Assembly: GCA_030691735.1 (NCBI GenBank)
Contig: JAUYDS010000075.1
Span: forward strand, 1 to 59,176
Source of the DNA: Candidatus Aminicenantes bacterium
GTDB taxonomy: Bacteria > Acidobacteriota > Aminicenantia > Aminicenantales > UBA4085
Length of the DNA: 59,176 nt
Direction of reading: 5' to 3'
Notes under the pieces: model-generated
Told to the model about the DNA's origin: nothing
Seen by the model: only the letters and a program-made list of their open reading frames with translations
Databases searched by the model: none
Made by a program: the position numbers and the translations under genes
Shown: positions 17,422 to 25,828 of the stretch, in pieces
How positions within the stretch are numbered: the first letter of the stretch is position 1
Layout: each line of letters opens with the position of its first letter

Positions 17422-18504
17422 CTATACGTCCCGTTTCACGCCTTCGGCGATATGGACGATGAACGGCCGGCCGCCCGCTTCGGCGATGGCCGCGGCGACC
17501 TTTTCGGGAGCGTTCGGGGCGTAGGCGAACATGCACCCGCCCCCGCCCGAGCCGTTTATTTTAGCACCAAACGCGCCGGCGTCAAGGGCCTTGGCGATCA
17601 TCCGTTCGATCTTCTCCGTCGAGATCTGGAGATGGTCGCGGAGGACAGCATGCTGGGCGGTCAACAGCGCCCCGAACCTCTTGTGATCGAACGGCTTGGC
17701 CTGGAACAGAGCGGCGCCTTCCTTGGTCAGATCCCGGGTCATGAGCGTCCCCTTGAGCAGTCTCCGCTGATCGGTCGGCAGCTCGTCGATCTCGGCCAGG
17801 ACCTTGTCCGTGAGGGGGCTCTTCAGGCCGAATCCGGGGACCGTCTTCGCCACCCGGGCCGCGCCTTCGAGGACATGGCTCTTGATGAAGCCCAGGGTTC
17901 CCGTGGTGTCCTTCTTTTGGAGCGAGTCGGCCAGGACGAACGTCCCCAGCGGATTTTCGAGCTGGTCGAGCTTCATGGGCTCGTCGAAGCGGATCCAGAC
18001 GACGCCGCCCAGGGCGGACGCGTAGTGGTCCATCTTTCCGCCCGGCTCCTTGAACTCCGCCACCTCGGTCAGGTATCCGAGCTCGGCGATGTCGCGGGGC
18101 CGGAGCGCGCGCGGGTCGCCGGCGGCTTCAAGGAGAAATTTGTTCCAGGCCACGACCAGGGCCGAGGAACTGGACGTGCCGGCGTTGATCGGGATCGTCC
18201 CCCGCACTTCGCAGTCCCAGCCGGTCATCGGCAGCTTCGCCCGGCGATGGATATTGACCGCGCTCTTGAGATAGTCCCGCTTCTGATCATAGGGGATCTC
18301 TTGGGCGAAGGAGAATTCCTCCTTCGTGCCCATGTCCGGAAGGTCGATGACGAACATCTGATCGGCCCGGCGCTTTCCGCCGATCGTGATCCGCAGATCG
18401 ATGGCCCCGGCGATGATGGCCAGTCCGAAGTAATCCTGATGCTCGCCGAAAAGGCACATGCGCCCTGGCGAAGAAACTTGGAGCTCTGCGTTTTTCATAA
18501 GCAC
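17422..18504 (-). CDS. GHMP family sugar kinase (galactokinase-like)
   Basis: Galactokinase-type FGEHQDYFG motif, GHMP motif PINAGTSSSSALVVA and C-terminal GSGGGGCMF. 360 aa, ending 12 nt upstream of efp on the same strand. Confidence 0.8.
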   Translation of the reverse strand: MLMKNAELQVSSPGRMCLFGEHQDYFGLAIIAGAIDLRITIGGKRRADQMFVIDLPDMGTKEEFSFAQEIPYDQKRDYLKSAVNIHRRAKLPMTGWDCEVRGTIPINAGTSSSSALVVAWNKFLLEAAGDPRALRPRDIAELGYLTEVAEFKEPGGKMDHYASALGGVVWIRFDEPMKLDQLENPLGTFVLADSLQKKDTTGTLGFIKSHVLEGAARVAKTVPGFGLKSPLTDKVLAEIDELPTDQRRLLKGTLMTRDLTKEGAALFQAKPFDHKRFGALLTAQHAVLRDHLQISTEKIERMIAKALDAGAFGAKINGSGGGGCMFAYAPNAPEKVAAAIAEAGGRPFIVHIAEGVKRDV

Positions 18505-18627
18505 TTTTTAGCCGAAGTGGACCTCCCTGTCAACGTGGATTTGATTTTCAACAGCGAATTCACTATAAAGGATTCCGGCATGATCGTTTCCCGGGATTTC
18601 GATCGGATCGAGCTATGATCGGAGGGC

Positions 18628-20310
18628 ATGATGAGAAACCGTCCGGCTTTGCTCTCGCTCGCCGTTTCGGCGGCCGTCGCCTTGAGCGCTTGCGGGGGAG
18701 GAGGAGTTTCGATGGCCGATAAGGTTTTGATCAAGGGCAGGATCTGGACGGTCGATCCCGCTCGACCGTGGGCCGAAGCCGTCGCCGTCCGCGACGGCCG
18801 GATCGCGGCCGTGGGGACGACGGCCGAGATCAAAAGACTGGCTGGCCGGGAAACCGAGACGATCGATCTCAAGAACGCCTTGGTCCTGCCCGGCTTCATC
18901 GACAGCCACGTCCATTTCGTGAACGGCGGATATTCGTTGATGAACATCCAGCTCCGCGAGGCGAAAACCAAGGCTGAATTCACGGCGCGCATCGCGGCGA
19001 AGGCCAAGAGCCTTCGGCAAGGGGAGTGGATCCTCAACGGCGACTGGGACCACACCCAGTTCGATCCGGTCGAGCTTCCGCGCAAGGAGTGGATCGACGC
19101 CGTCACTCCCGACCATCCCGTCTGCGTCAACCGGCTCGACGAGCACATGATCCTGGCCAACAGCCTGGCCTTGAAACTGGCCGGGGTCACGAAGGCCACG
19201 CCCGTCCCGGCCGGTGGCGAGATCGTCAAGGACCCCGCCACGGGCGAGCCGACCGGCATCTTGAAGGACGCGGCCATGGACCTGGTCTACGACAAGATCC
19301 CGGCCCCGTCCCTCGAACAGAACACGAGGGCCGTAGAAGCGGCTCTGAAATACGCCGCGGAAAAGGGCGTCACATCCGTCCATGACGTTTCCGGCGAAGT
19401 GGGGTTCGGCATCTATCAGGACCTGCTCAAGAACCGCAAGTTGACGACGAGGATCACGTTTTACATCCCGATCACCTCGGCGGATCTGGCCCTCGGTCTG
19501 AAGCTTAAAACGCCGTTCGGCGGCGACCGGCTGAGATTTGGCGGCCTGAAGGGGTTCGCCGACGGGTCGCTCGGTTCGGCGACCGCTTTTTTCTTCGCGC
19601 CTTACGCGGACGATCCGAAGACGAGCGGCCTTCTGCACGGACAGATGTTCCCGAAGGGCGCTTTGGAAAAGCGCCTGCTCGCCGCGGACGCGGGCGGGCT
19701 GCAGGTCGCCGTTCATGCCATCGGCGACCGGGCCAACGCGATCATCCTGGATATGTTCGAAGCGGTCGAAGCCCGGAACGGGGCGCGCGACCGGCGGTTC
19801 CGGATCGAGCACGCCCAGCATCTCCGGCCCGCCGATATCGCCCGCTTCGCCAAGCTCGGCGTCATCGCCTCGGTCCAGCCGTACCATCTCATCGACGACG
19901 GCCGCTGGGCGGAGTCGAAGATCGGCGCCGAGCGGGTCCGTTGGACCTATCCTTTCAAATCGTTCTTGGACAACGGTGTGACGCTCGCCTGCGGCTCGGA
20001 CTGGCCGGTGGCCCCGATGGACCCGATCCTGGGGATCTACGCCGCCGTCACGCGCCGGACGCTCGACGACAAGAATCCCGAAGGCTGGGTCCCGGAACAG
20101 AAGATCTCTTTGGAGGAAGCGATCAAGGGGTTCACGATCAACGGCGCCTTCGCCGAATTCGCCGAGTCTCTCAAAGGCTCGATCTCGGCCGGAAAACGGG
20201 CCGATCTCGTCGTCCTCGACCGGAACCTCTTCGAGATCAAACCGGCGGAGATCCGGGAGGCGAAAGTGGTCCTGACCTTGGTCGATGGAGAAGTTGTTTT
20301 TCGGCGGTGA
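18628..20310 (+). CDS. Amidohydrolase-family lipoprotein (Amidohydro_3-like)
   Basis: Lipobox LSAC in the signal peptide and a metal-binding FIDSHVHF motif. 560 aa; YtcJ-like architecture. Confidence 0.8.
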   Translation: MMRNRPALLSLAVSAAVALSACGGGGVSMADKVLIKGRIWTVDPARPWAEAVAVRDGRIAAVGTTAEIKRLAGRETETIDLKNALVLPGFIDSHVHFVNGGYSLMNIQLREAKTKAEFTARIAAKAKSLRQGEWILNGDWDHTQFDPVELPRKEWIDAVTPDHPVCVNRLDEHMILANSLALKLAGVTKATPVPAGGEIVKDPATGEPTGILKDAAMDLVYDKIPAPSLEQNTRAVEAALKYAAEKGVTSVHDVSGEVGFGIYQDLLKNRKLTTRITFYIPITSADLALGLKLKTPFGGDRLRFGGLKGFADGSLGSATAFFFAPYADDPKTSGLLHGQMFPKGALEKRLLAADAGGLQVAVHAIGDRANAIILDMFEAVEARNGARDRRFRIEHAQHLRPADIARFAKLGVIASVQPYHLIDDGRWAESKIGAERVRWTYPFKSFLDNGVTLACGSDWPVAPMDPILGIYAAVTRRTLDDKNPEGWVPEQKISLEEAIKGFTINGAFAEFAESLKGSISAGKRADLVVLDRNLFEIKPAEIREAKVVLTLVDGEVVFRR

Positions 20311-20312
20311 GT

Positions 20313-20341
20313 TTGATAATATCCCTTTCCTTTCATATCAT
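20313..20341 (+). promoter_or_regulatory. Putative sigma70-like promoter of the NuoE-like operon
   Basis: TTGATA (20313-20318), 17-nt spacer, TATCAT (20336-20341). The leader before ATG 20358 is A-rich and has no SD. Confidence 0.4.
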
Positions 20342-20357
20342 ATAGAACAACAAAAAA

Positions 20358-20819
20358 ATGACCGTCGAGGACATCCTTAAGGAGGCCCAACCGGCGCAGA
20401 AGGACCTCATCCATATCCTTCACCGGATCCGGGCCGAGTTCGGTCATATCCCTCCGGATTCGATCGGGTCGATCGCCAAACACCTCCGCATTTCTTCGAA
20501 CGAGGTCTTCGGGGTGCTTACGTTCTACAAGGCCTTCACCCTCGAGCCCAAGGGCGAGCACGTCGTGACGGTCTGCCTGGGCACGGCCTGCCACGTGCGC
20601 GGAGGCGTGAGAATCGTCGAAGAGTTCGAGCGCAAGCTCGGCATCAAGGCCGGCCGGACGACGGCGGACCGGAAGTTCACCCTGGAGACGGTCAACTGCC
20701 TCGGCTGCTGCGCCATCGGCCCGGTCGTCGTCGTCAACGGCGAATACCATTCCCTGGTCACGCAGAAGATGGTCGATTCCATCCTGGACAAATTTCGCTC
20801 GGCAGGCAACCCCTCATGA
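20358..20819 (+). CDS. NuoE/HydC-like 2Fe-2S thioredoxin-like subunit
   Basis: Cys motifs CLGTACHVRG and CLGCCAIGPVV. 153 aa. An ATGA overlap links it to the next gene. Confidence 0.9.
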   Translation: MTVEDILKEAQPAQKDLIHILHRIRAEFGHIPPDSIGSIAKHLRISSNEVFGVLTFYKAFTLEPKGEHVVTVCLGTACHVRGGVRIVEEFERKLGIKAGRTTADRKFTLETVNCLGCCAIGPVVVVNGEYHSLVTQKMVDSILDKFRSAGNPS

Positions 20820-22705
20820 GGATCCTGACCCACCCCGATCACCTGGACGCTTGGCGGGCCAAGATCCTCGAGGAGCGGCCGGCGCGCAAAAAAACGATCG
20901 TGGTGACGTCGGGGACCTGCGGCCAGGCCAGCGGCTCGCTCCAGGTCCTCGAAGCTCTGCGCCGGGAGATCGACCGGCGGGGACTCGCCGACACGGTCGG
21001 GATCGAGGTCACGGGCTGTCATGGCTTCTGCGAGATGGAACCGAGCATCGTCATTTATCCCCAGGGCACCTTTTACAAGAAGCTTTTGCCCAAGGATGTC
21101 CCCGCGATCATCGAGGAAACCATCCTCAACGACAAAATCATTTCCTCGCTGACCTATGTCGATCCGGCCTCCGGACATCGCTTCAGCCGCCAGAAAGAGA
21201 TCCCCTTCTACCAGAAACAGATGCGGCTGCTGACCGAGAACAATTTCCATATCGAGCCGGAGAAGATCGAGGACTATATCGCCCTCGACGGCTACAAGGC
21301 GCTTGGCAAAGCGCTCTTCGATATGACCTCCCAAGGCGTGATCGATGAGATCAAAACGTCCGGACTGCGGGGCCGGGGCGGCGCGGGCTTCGCCACGGGC
21401 CGGAAGTGGGAGCTGTGCCGGGAGGCGCCGGGCCACCCCAAATACGTCATTTGCAACGCCGACGAAGGCGACCCCGGCGCCTATATGGACCGCAGTCTGC
21501 TCGAAGGAAACCCCCACAGCGTCATCGAAGGCATGCTCATCGGCGCCTACGCCATCGGCGCGTCGGAAGGGTTCATCTACGTCCGCATGGAATACCCCCT
21601 GGCCGTCAAGCACGTCACCCGGGCTCTGGACCAGGCCCGGAAACATGGACTGCTCGGGCCGTCCATCCTGGGGTCCGAGTTCCATTTCGACATCCAAATC
21701 GTCCAGGGCGCCGGGGCGTTCGTCTCGGGCGAAGAGACCTCGCTCATGGCCTCGATCGAAGGACGGCGCGCTTTCCCCCGGCAGCGCCCGCCGTTCCCGG
21801 CCCAGGAGGGCCTGTGGGGGAAACCGACCAACATCAACAACGTCGAGACCTGGGCGAACGTGCCCGTCATCGTCGATAAAGGCGCCGAGTGGTACGCCAA
21901 GATCGGGACGGAGAAAAGCAAAGGGACCAAGATCTTTTCTTTGGTCGGGAAGATCAACAACACGGGGCTCGTCGAAGTGCCCATGGGCATCACCCTTCGC
22001 GAGATCATCTACGATGTCGGGGGCGGCCTCAAGGACAAGAAGACGCTGAAGGCCGTACAGACCGGCGGTCCCTCGGGCGGGTGCATCCCGGCCGAAAAGA
22101 TCGACCTGCCCATCGATTACGATTCGCTCGTCCAGGCCGGCGCGATCATGGGATCGGGCGGGATGATCATCATGGACGAGGACACCTGCATGGTCGACAT
22201 AGCCCGCTATTTTCTCGGTTTCACCCAGGAGGAGTCGTGCGGCAAGTGCGTTCCCTGCCGCGTCGGAACCCGGCAGATGTTCGATCTCCTGACGCGCATC
22301 ACCCAGGGGAAAGGGGAACCCCAAGACATCGTCCGGCTCGAGGACCTGGCCGACACGGTCAAAGCGGCCTCACTCTGCGGCCTGGGCCAGACCGCCCCCA
22401 ATCCCGTCCTGACCACGCTCCGCTATTTCCGCCACGAATACGAAGCCCACATCGTCGACAAGAGCTGTCACGCCCGCGTCTGCAAAGACCTGGTGGCCTA
22501 TTACATCGAACCCGACAAGTGCATCGGCTGTCTCCTGTGCAAACAGAGCTGTCCGGTAGCCGCCATCAGCGGCGAGCGCAAGAAGCTCCATGTCGTCGAC
22601 CAGGCTCTCTGCGTCAAATGCGGCGCCTGTTACGACGTCTGCCCGGTGAAGGTCCGGGCCGTCTCCCGGCTGACGGGCACGAGCAGGGAACGGATCGCCC
22701 CATGA
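20816..22705 (+). CDS. NuoF/HydB-like flavoprotein subunit (bifurcating-type architecture)
   Basis: FMN/NADH motifs GLRGRGGAGFATGRKW and CNADEGDPGAY, and N3-type cluster SCGKCVPCR. It also carries an extra N-terminal 2Fe-2S-like region (GTCGQASG..GCHGFCEMEP) and a C-terminal 2x[4Fe-4S] domain (CIGCLLCKQSCP, CVKCGACYDVCP). Confidence 0.9.
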   Translation: MRILTHPDHLDAWRAKILEERPARKKTIVVTSGTCGQASGSLQVLEALRREIDRRGLADTVGIEVTGCHGFCEMEPSIVIYPQGTFYKKLLPKDVPAIIEETILNDKIISSLTYVDPASGHRFSRQKEIPFYQKQMRLLTENNFHIEPEKIEDYIALDGYKALGKALFDMTSQGVIDEIKTSGLRGRGGAGFATGRKWELCREAPGHPKYVICNADEGDPGAYMDRSLLEGNPHSVIEGMLIGAYAIGASEGFIYVRMEYPLAVKHVTRALDQARKHGLLGPSILGSEFHFDIQIVQGAGAFVSGEETSLMASIEGRRAFPRQRPPFPAQEGLWGKPTNINNVETWANVPVIVDKGAEWYAKIGTEKSKGTKIFSLVGKINNTGLVEVPMGITLREIIYDVGGGLKDKKTLKAVQTGGPSGGCIPAEKIDLPIDYDSLVQAGAIMGSGGMIIMDEDTCMVDIARYFLGFTQEESCGKCVPCRVGTRQMFDLLTRITQGKGEPQDIVRLEDLADTVKAASLCGLGQTAPNPVLTTLRYFRHEYEAHIVDKSCHARVCKDLVAYYIEPDKCIGCLLCKQSCPVAAISGERKKLHVVDQALCVKCGACYDVCPVKVRAVSRLTGTSRERIAP

Positions 22706-24975
22706 AGATCACCATCGATCACCTGACCGTCGACGTCGAAAGCCGGATGTCCGTCCTCGACGCCGCCCGCGCGAACGGCCTCTATATACCCTCGCTCTGC
22801 GACCATCCCCGCCTCGTCCCCTTCAGCGGCTGTCGCCTCTGTATCGTCGAGGTCCGAGGGCGCCGGGGCGTAGTCCCATCCTGCGGGACATTCGTCGAGG
22901 ACGGCATGGAGGTCGTCACGAACTCGCCCTCTCTCCAGAAGATGCGCTTGCAAATTCTCGATCTCATCCTCTCCGAACATCCCAGCGCCTGCCTCATCTG
23001 CCGGGAGAAAGAGACCTGCGAGGACCACAAATCCACGATCCGCAAGGTCGGCGAGGTGACGGGCTGCGTCCTGTGCCCGAACAACGGCCGCTGCGACCTG
23101 CAGGCCGTGGTCGAGCACTTGAAGCCGGACAACCTTCATTTTCCGGCGCTGTATCGCGATCAGGAGATCCATCGCCGGGACCCGTTCTTCGAGCGCAACG
23201 ATAACCTGTGCATCCTCTGCGGCCGGTGCGTCCGCATCTGTCACGAAGTGCGCGGCGCTTCGACCCTGGCTTTCGTCAACCGCGGCTCCCGGACCGTCAT
23301 CGGAACCGCCCTCGACCGCCCTCTTCTCGATTCCGGCTGCCAGTTCTGCGGGGCCTGCGTCGACGTCTGTCCGACCGGGGCCCTGACCGAGAAGGGCGTC
23401 AAGTATGAGCCTCTTCCCGATGAAAAAAAGGCCCTGATCTGCGGCTTCTGCAGCCAAGGCTGCGAGCTGACGATGCACGTGAGGCAGGGCCGGATCCAGG
23501 CATCGGTTCCCGCTGATTGCGGTCCGGTCAACCAGGGACAGGCCTGCGTCCGGGGCCGCTTTCTGGTCAGGGAAGCGGTCTATCATCCCCGGCGGGTCCT
23601 CAGACCGCTGGTCCGCAAGGACGGCCGGCTTGAGGAGACCGGTTGGGACGAGGCTCTTCGCGTCGTCGCCCAGGGGCTCGCCGCTTGTGCGCCGCGGAAT
23701 ATCGCTGTTTTCGGGTCGGTCCAGGATCCCTGCGAGGACTTGTTTGCTCTCCAAAAGTTCGCCCGCGAAGGGCTCAAGACGACCAACGTCGCGGGCCCGG
23801 AGGCTTTTTCGGCGCAGGCTCGACTTCTGGAAACAGCCGCGGAACAGGGTTTCACTGCGCCGTTGAACTATCGGATCTCCGACATATCCAAGTCCCGGGT
23901 CATCCTTCTCTTCGGCAACTGTCCGCCGATGGTCGGGCTCGAGATCCATCAAGCCGTCAAGAGCGGAGCTAGGCTCATCATCGTCGGGAGGAAGGAATCG
24001 CCCGCCATCCGCTGCGCCTCGGCTTGGCTCAAGGTCTCGGGAGGGAAAGAGAGCGATCTCTTGACCGGCCTGTCCAAGATCCTTGCGGGCAACGGCCAGC
24101 TTCAGAACGGACCGGAGCTCAAGGGCGAGGCCGAGTTCAAGAAACATCTCCAGGAATTCAAGATATCCGAAGCTGTCGCCTCCTCGGGACTGCCGGAGGA
24201 AAAGCTCCATCGCCTGGCCCAGCTTCTGGAGAAGCTCCGGCCGGCGGCGTTTCTTTTCAACGCGGAGTTCGCCGAAGGCGCCGGCGGCAAAGCGAACATC
24301 GCCGCCCTGTGGAACCTGTCCGTTCAAAATCAGGCCCTGTTCATTCCGCTCGGCGTCGAAAGCAACGTCCGGGGGGCCCTCGAGATCGCCAACGCCTTCC
24401 GCGGCGAGGCGCCTTCGGCCGATGAGATCAGCCGGTCGATCCTGGCCGGCGGATACAAAGCGCTCTATTGTTGCGGTCCTCTGCCGAAGGTCGAGACGTC
24501 TCCGGCCGAATTCGTGGTCGTCCAGGACAGCTTCCTCAACGACATGTGCGAATTCGCCGATGTGGTCCTGCCGGCGACGACGTTCGTCGAGAGCGAGGGC
24601 ACGTTCGTGAACACGGAAGGTCGCCTGCAGAGCTTCGATCCGGCCATCGCTCCGTGCGGCGAAGCGAAGCCCGGCTGGCGGATCGTCGGAGACCTGGCCA
24701 AGACGATGGGCCTGCCCGGCTTCGAGTTTGAGACCCATGCGGAAGTTTTCGAGGCCATGGTCAAGACCGTCCCCGCCTTCCGCGGCCTGGGCCGCACGCC
24801 GAAAAAGCCGGCCGCTTTCGTCCATGAGCCGGTCAAGGACGGCCGGGCGTTCGCCGTGCGGCCGCTCGGGGCGGCAGAGGAAGCCGCGCCCTGCGAGCAC
24901 GACCCCGACAGATACAAAGGCCTGGCCATGAGCCGAGACATCAAAACCCTGAATATCATCCGAGGACACAAATAA
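22702..24975 (+). CDS. NuoG-like Fe-S subunit with non-catalytic molybdopterin-oxidoreductase-like domain
   Basis: True start is ATG 22702 (MKITIDHLTV..), overlapping the NuoF-like stop as ATGA. It has a 2Fe-2S motif and several 4Fe-4S motifs (CILCGRCVRIC, CQFCGACVDVCP, CGFCSQGC). The track ORF that starts at 21889 is an out-of-frame extension. Confidence 0.85.
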   Translation: MKITIDHLTVDVESRMSVLDAARANGLYIPSLCDHPRLVPFSGCRLCIVEVRGRRGVVPSCGTFVEDGMEVVTNSPSLQKMRLQILDLILSEHPSACLICREKETCEDHKSTIRKVGEVTGCVLCPNNGRCDLQAVVEHLKPDNLHFPALYRDQEIHRRDPFFERNDNLCILCGRCVRICHEVRGASTLAFVNRGSRTVIGTALDRPLLDSGCQFCGACVDVCPTGALTEKGVKYEPLPDEKKALICGFCSQGCELTMHVRQGRIQASVPADCGPVNQGQACVRGRFLVREAVYHPRRVLRPLVRKDGRLEETGWDEALRVVAQGLAACAPRNIAVFGSVQDPCEDLFALQKFAREGLKTTNVAGPEAFSAQARLLETAAEQGFTAPLNYRISDISKSRVILLFGNCPPMVGLEIHQAVKSGARLIIVGRKESPAIRCASAWLKVSGGKESDLLTGLSKILAGNGQLQNGPELKGEAEFKKHLQEFKISEAVASSGLPEEKLHRLAQLLEKLRPAAFLFNAEFAEGAGGKANIAALWNLSVQNQALFIPLGVESNVRGALEIANAFRGEAPSADEISRSILAGGYKALYCCGPLPKVETSPAEFVVVQDSFLNDMCEFADVVLPATTFVESEGTFVNTEGRLQSFDPAIAPCGEAKPGWRIVGDLAKTMGLPGFEFETHAEVFEAMVKTVPAFRGLGRTPKKPAAFVHEPVKDGRAFAVRPLGAAEEAAPCEHDPDRYKGLAMSRDIKTLNIIRGHK

Positions 24976-25808
24976 TGGCCAAGATCCTGGACCGCCGGCG
25001 CCTTGTGCCCAACCTGCACCTGATCGAGGTCCACGCGCCGGAGGTGGCGAAAAAAAGCCGGCCGGGCCAGTTCGTCATCATCATGCCCGACGAGCGCGGC
25101 GAGCGCATCCCCCTGTCCATCGCCGACTGGGACCCTGAAAAAGGATCGGTGACCTCGGTCTTCCTCCTCGTCGGGACGTCGACGCACAAACTGTCCCTCC
25201 TCAAGCCCGGCGACGAGGTCCCTGTTTACGTCGGGCCGTTAGGGAAGCCGTCGGAGATCGAGAACTTCGGGACCGTGCTCCTGGCCGCCGGCTGTTTTGG
25301 GATCGGCGCCATCTACCCTCTCGCCCGAGCCTTGAAAAAAGCCGGCAACCGGGTCTTGACGATCATCGACGTCAAGGCCAACTACCTCCTCTACTGGGAG
25401 GACAAGCTGAAGGCCGTCAGCGACCGGGTGTTCATCTCCGCCCGCGACTTCGCCCTGGAGTCGAAGGACTACGTTCCGGCCAAGATCGAAGAGGTGGCTC
25501 GGGCGGAGACCAAGATCGACCGGGTCGTGGCCATCGGCTGTACATATCTCATGTACCGGTGTTCCGAGGCCACCAAGCCGCTGGGGATCAAGACGATCGT
25601 CAGCCTCAACCCGGTCATGGTCGACGGCACGGGCATGTGCGGCGCCTGCCGCTGCACGGCCGGCGGCCAGACGAAATTTGCCTGCGTGGACGGGCCGGAC
25701 TTCGACGGCCACCAGCTCGATTGGGACGAGCTGTTCAAGCGGCGGAAATCCTATTTCGACGACGAGATCCGGTCGCTGTGCTATTGGGAGCGGACGAACT
25801 TTCCGTGA
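24975..25808 (+). CDS. NfnA/SudB-like FAD/NAD(P)-binding 2Fe-2S protein (PyrK-like)
   Basis: PyrK-like fold with C-terminal cluster motif GMCGACRC..FACVDGPDF. Its ATG shares one nt with the upstream TAA (TAATG). Confidence 0.8.
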   Translation: MAKILDRRRLVPNLHLIEVHAPEVAKKSRPGQFVIIMPDERGERIPLSIADWDPEKGSVTSVFLLVGTSTHKLSLLKPGDEVPVYVGPLGKPSEIENFGTVLLAAGCFGIGAIYPLARALKKAGNRVLTIIDVKANYLLYWEDKLKAVSDRVFISARDFALESKDYVPAKIEEVARAETKIDRVVAIGCTYLMYRCSEATKPLGIKTIVSLNPVMVDGTGMCGACRCTAGGQTKFACVDGPDFDGHQLDWDELFKRRKSYFDDEIRSLCYWERTNFP

Positions 25809-25828
25809 GATAGAGAGACGGAAGAGCC

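Noticed and set aside
20525-22324. 599-aa ORF antisense to the NuoE/NuoF-like genes
   Set aside because: Arg/Gly/Asp/Pro-rich low-complexity translation with no recognisable motifs. It lies opposite genes with textbook cofactor motifs, so it is a typical GC-rich antisense artefact.
21889-22701. N-terminal 271 codons of the 1028-aa track ORF 21889..24975
   Set aside because: This part overlaps the NuoF-like gene in another frame and is R/P/G-rich. The genuine NuoG-like protein starts at ATG 22702 (MKITIDHLTV..), coupled to the NuoF-like stop.
22630-24969. 779-aa ORF antisense to the NuoG-like gene
   Set aside because: Same reasoning: the sense strand encodes complete Fe-S cluster motifs, and the antisense translation is R/G/D/A-rich with no family resemblance.
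22702-24975. NuoG-like gene as an NAD-dependent formate dehydrogenase alpha subunit (FdsA/FdhA)
   Set aside because: No Cys/Sec-His active-site pair at the expected position, no in-frame TGA, and a truncated molybdopterin-like region. It was therefore called as non-catalytic NuoG-like.
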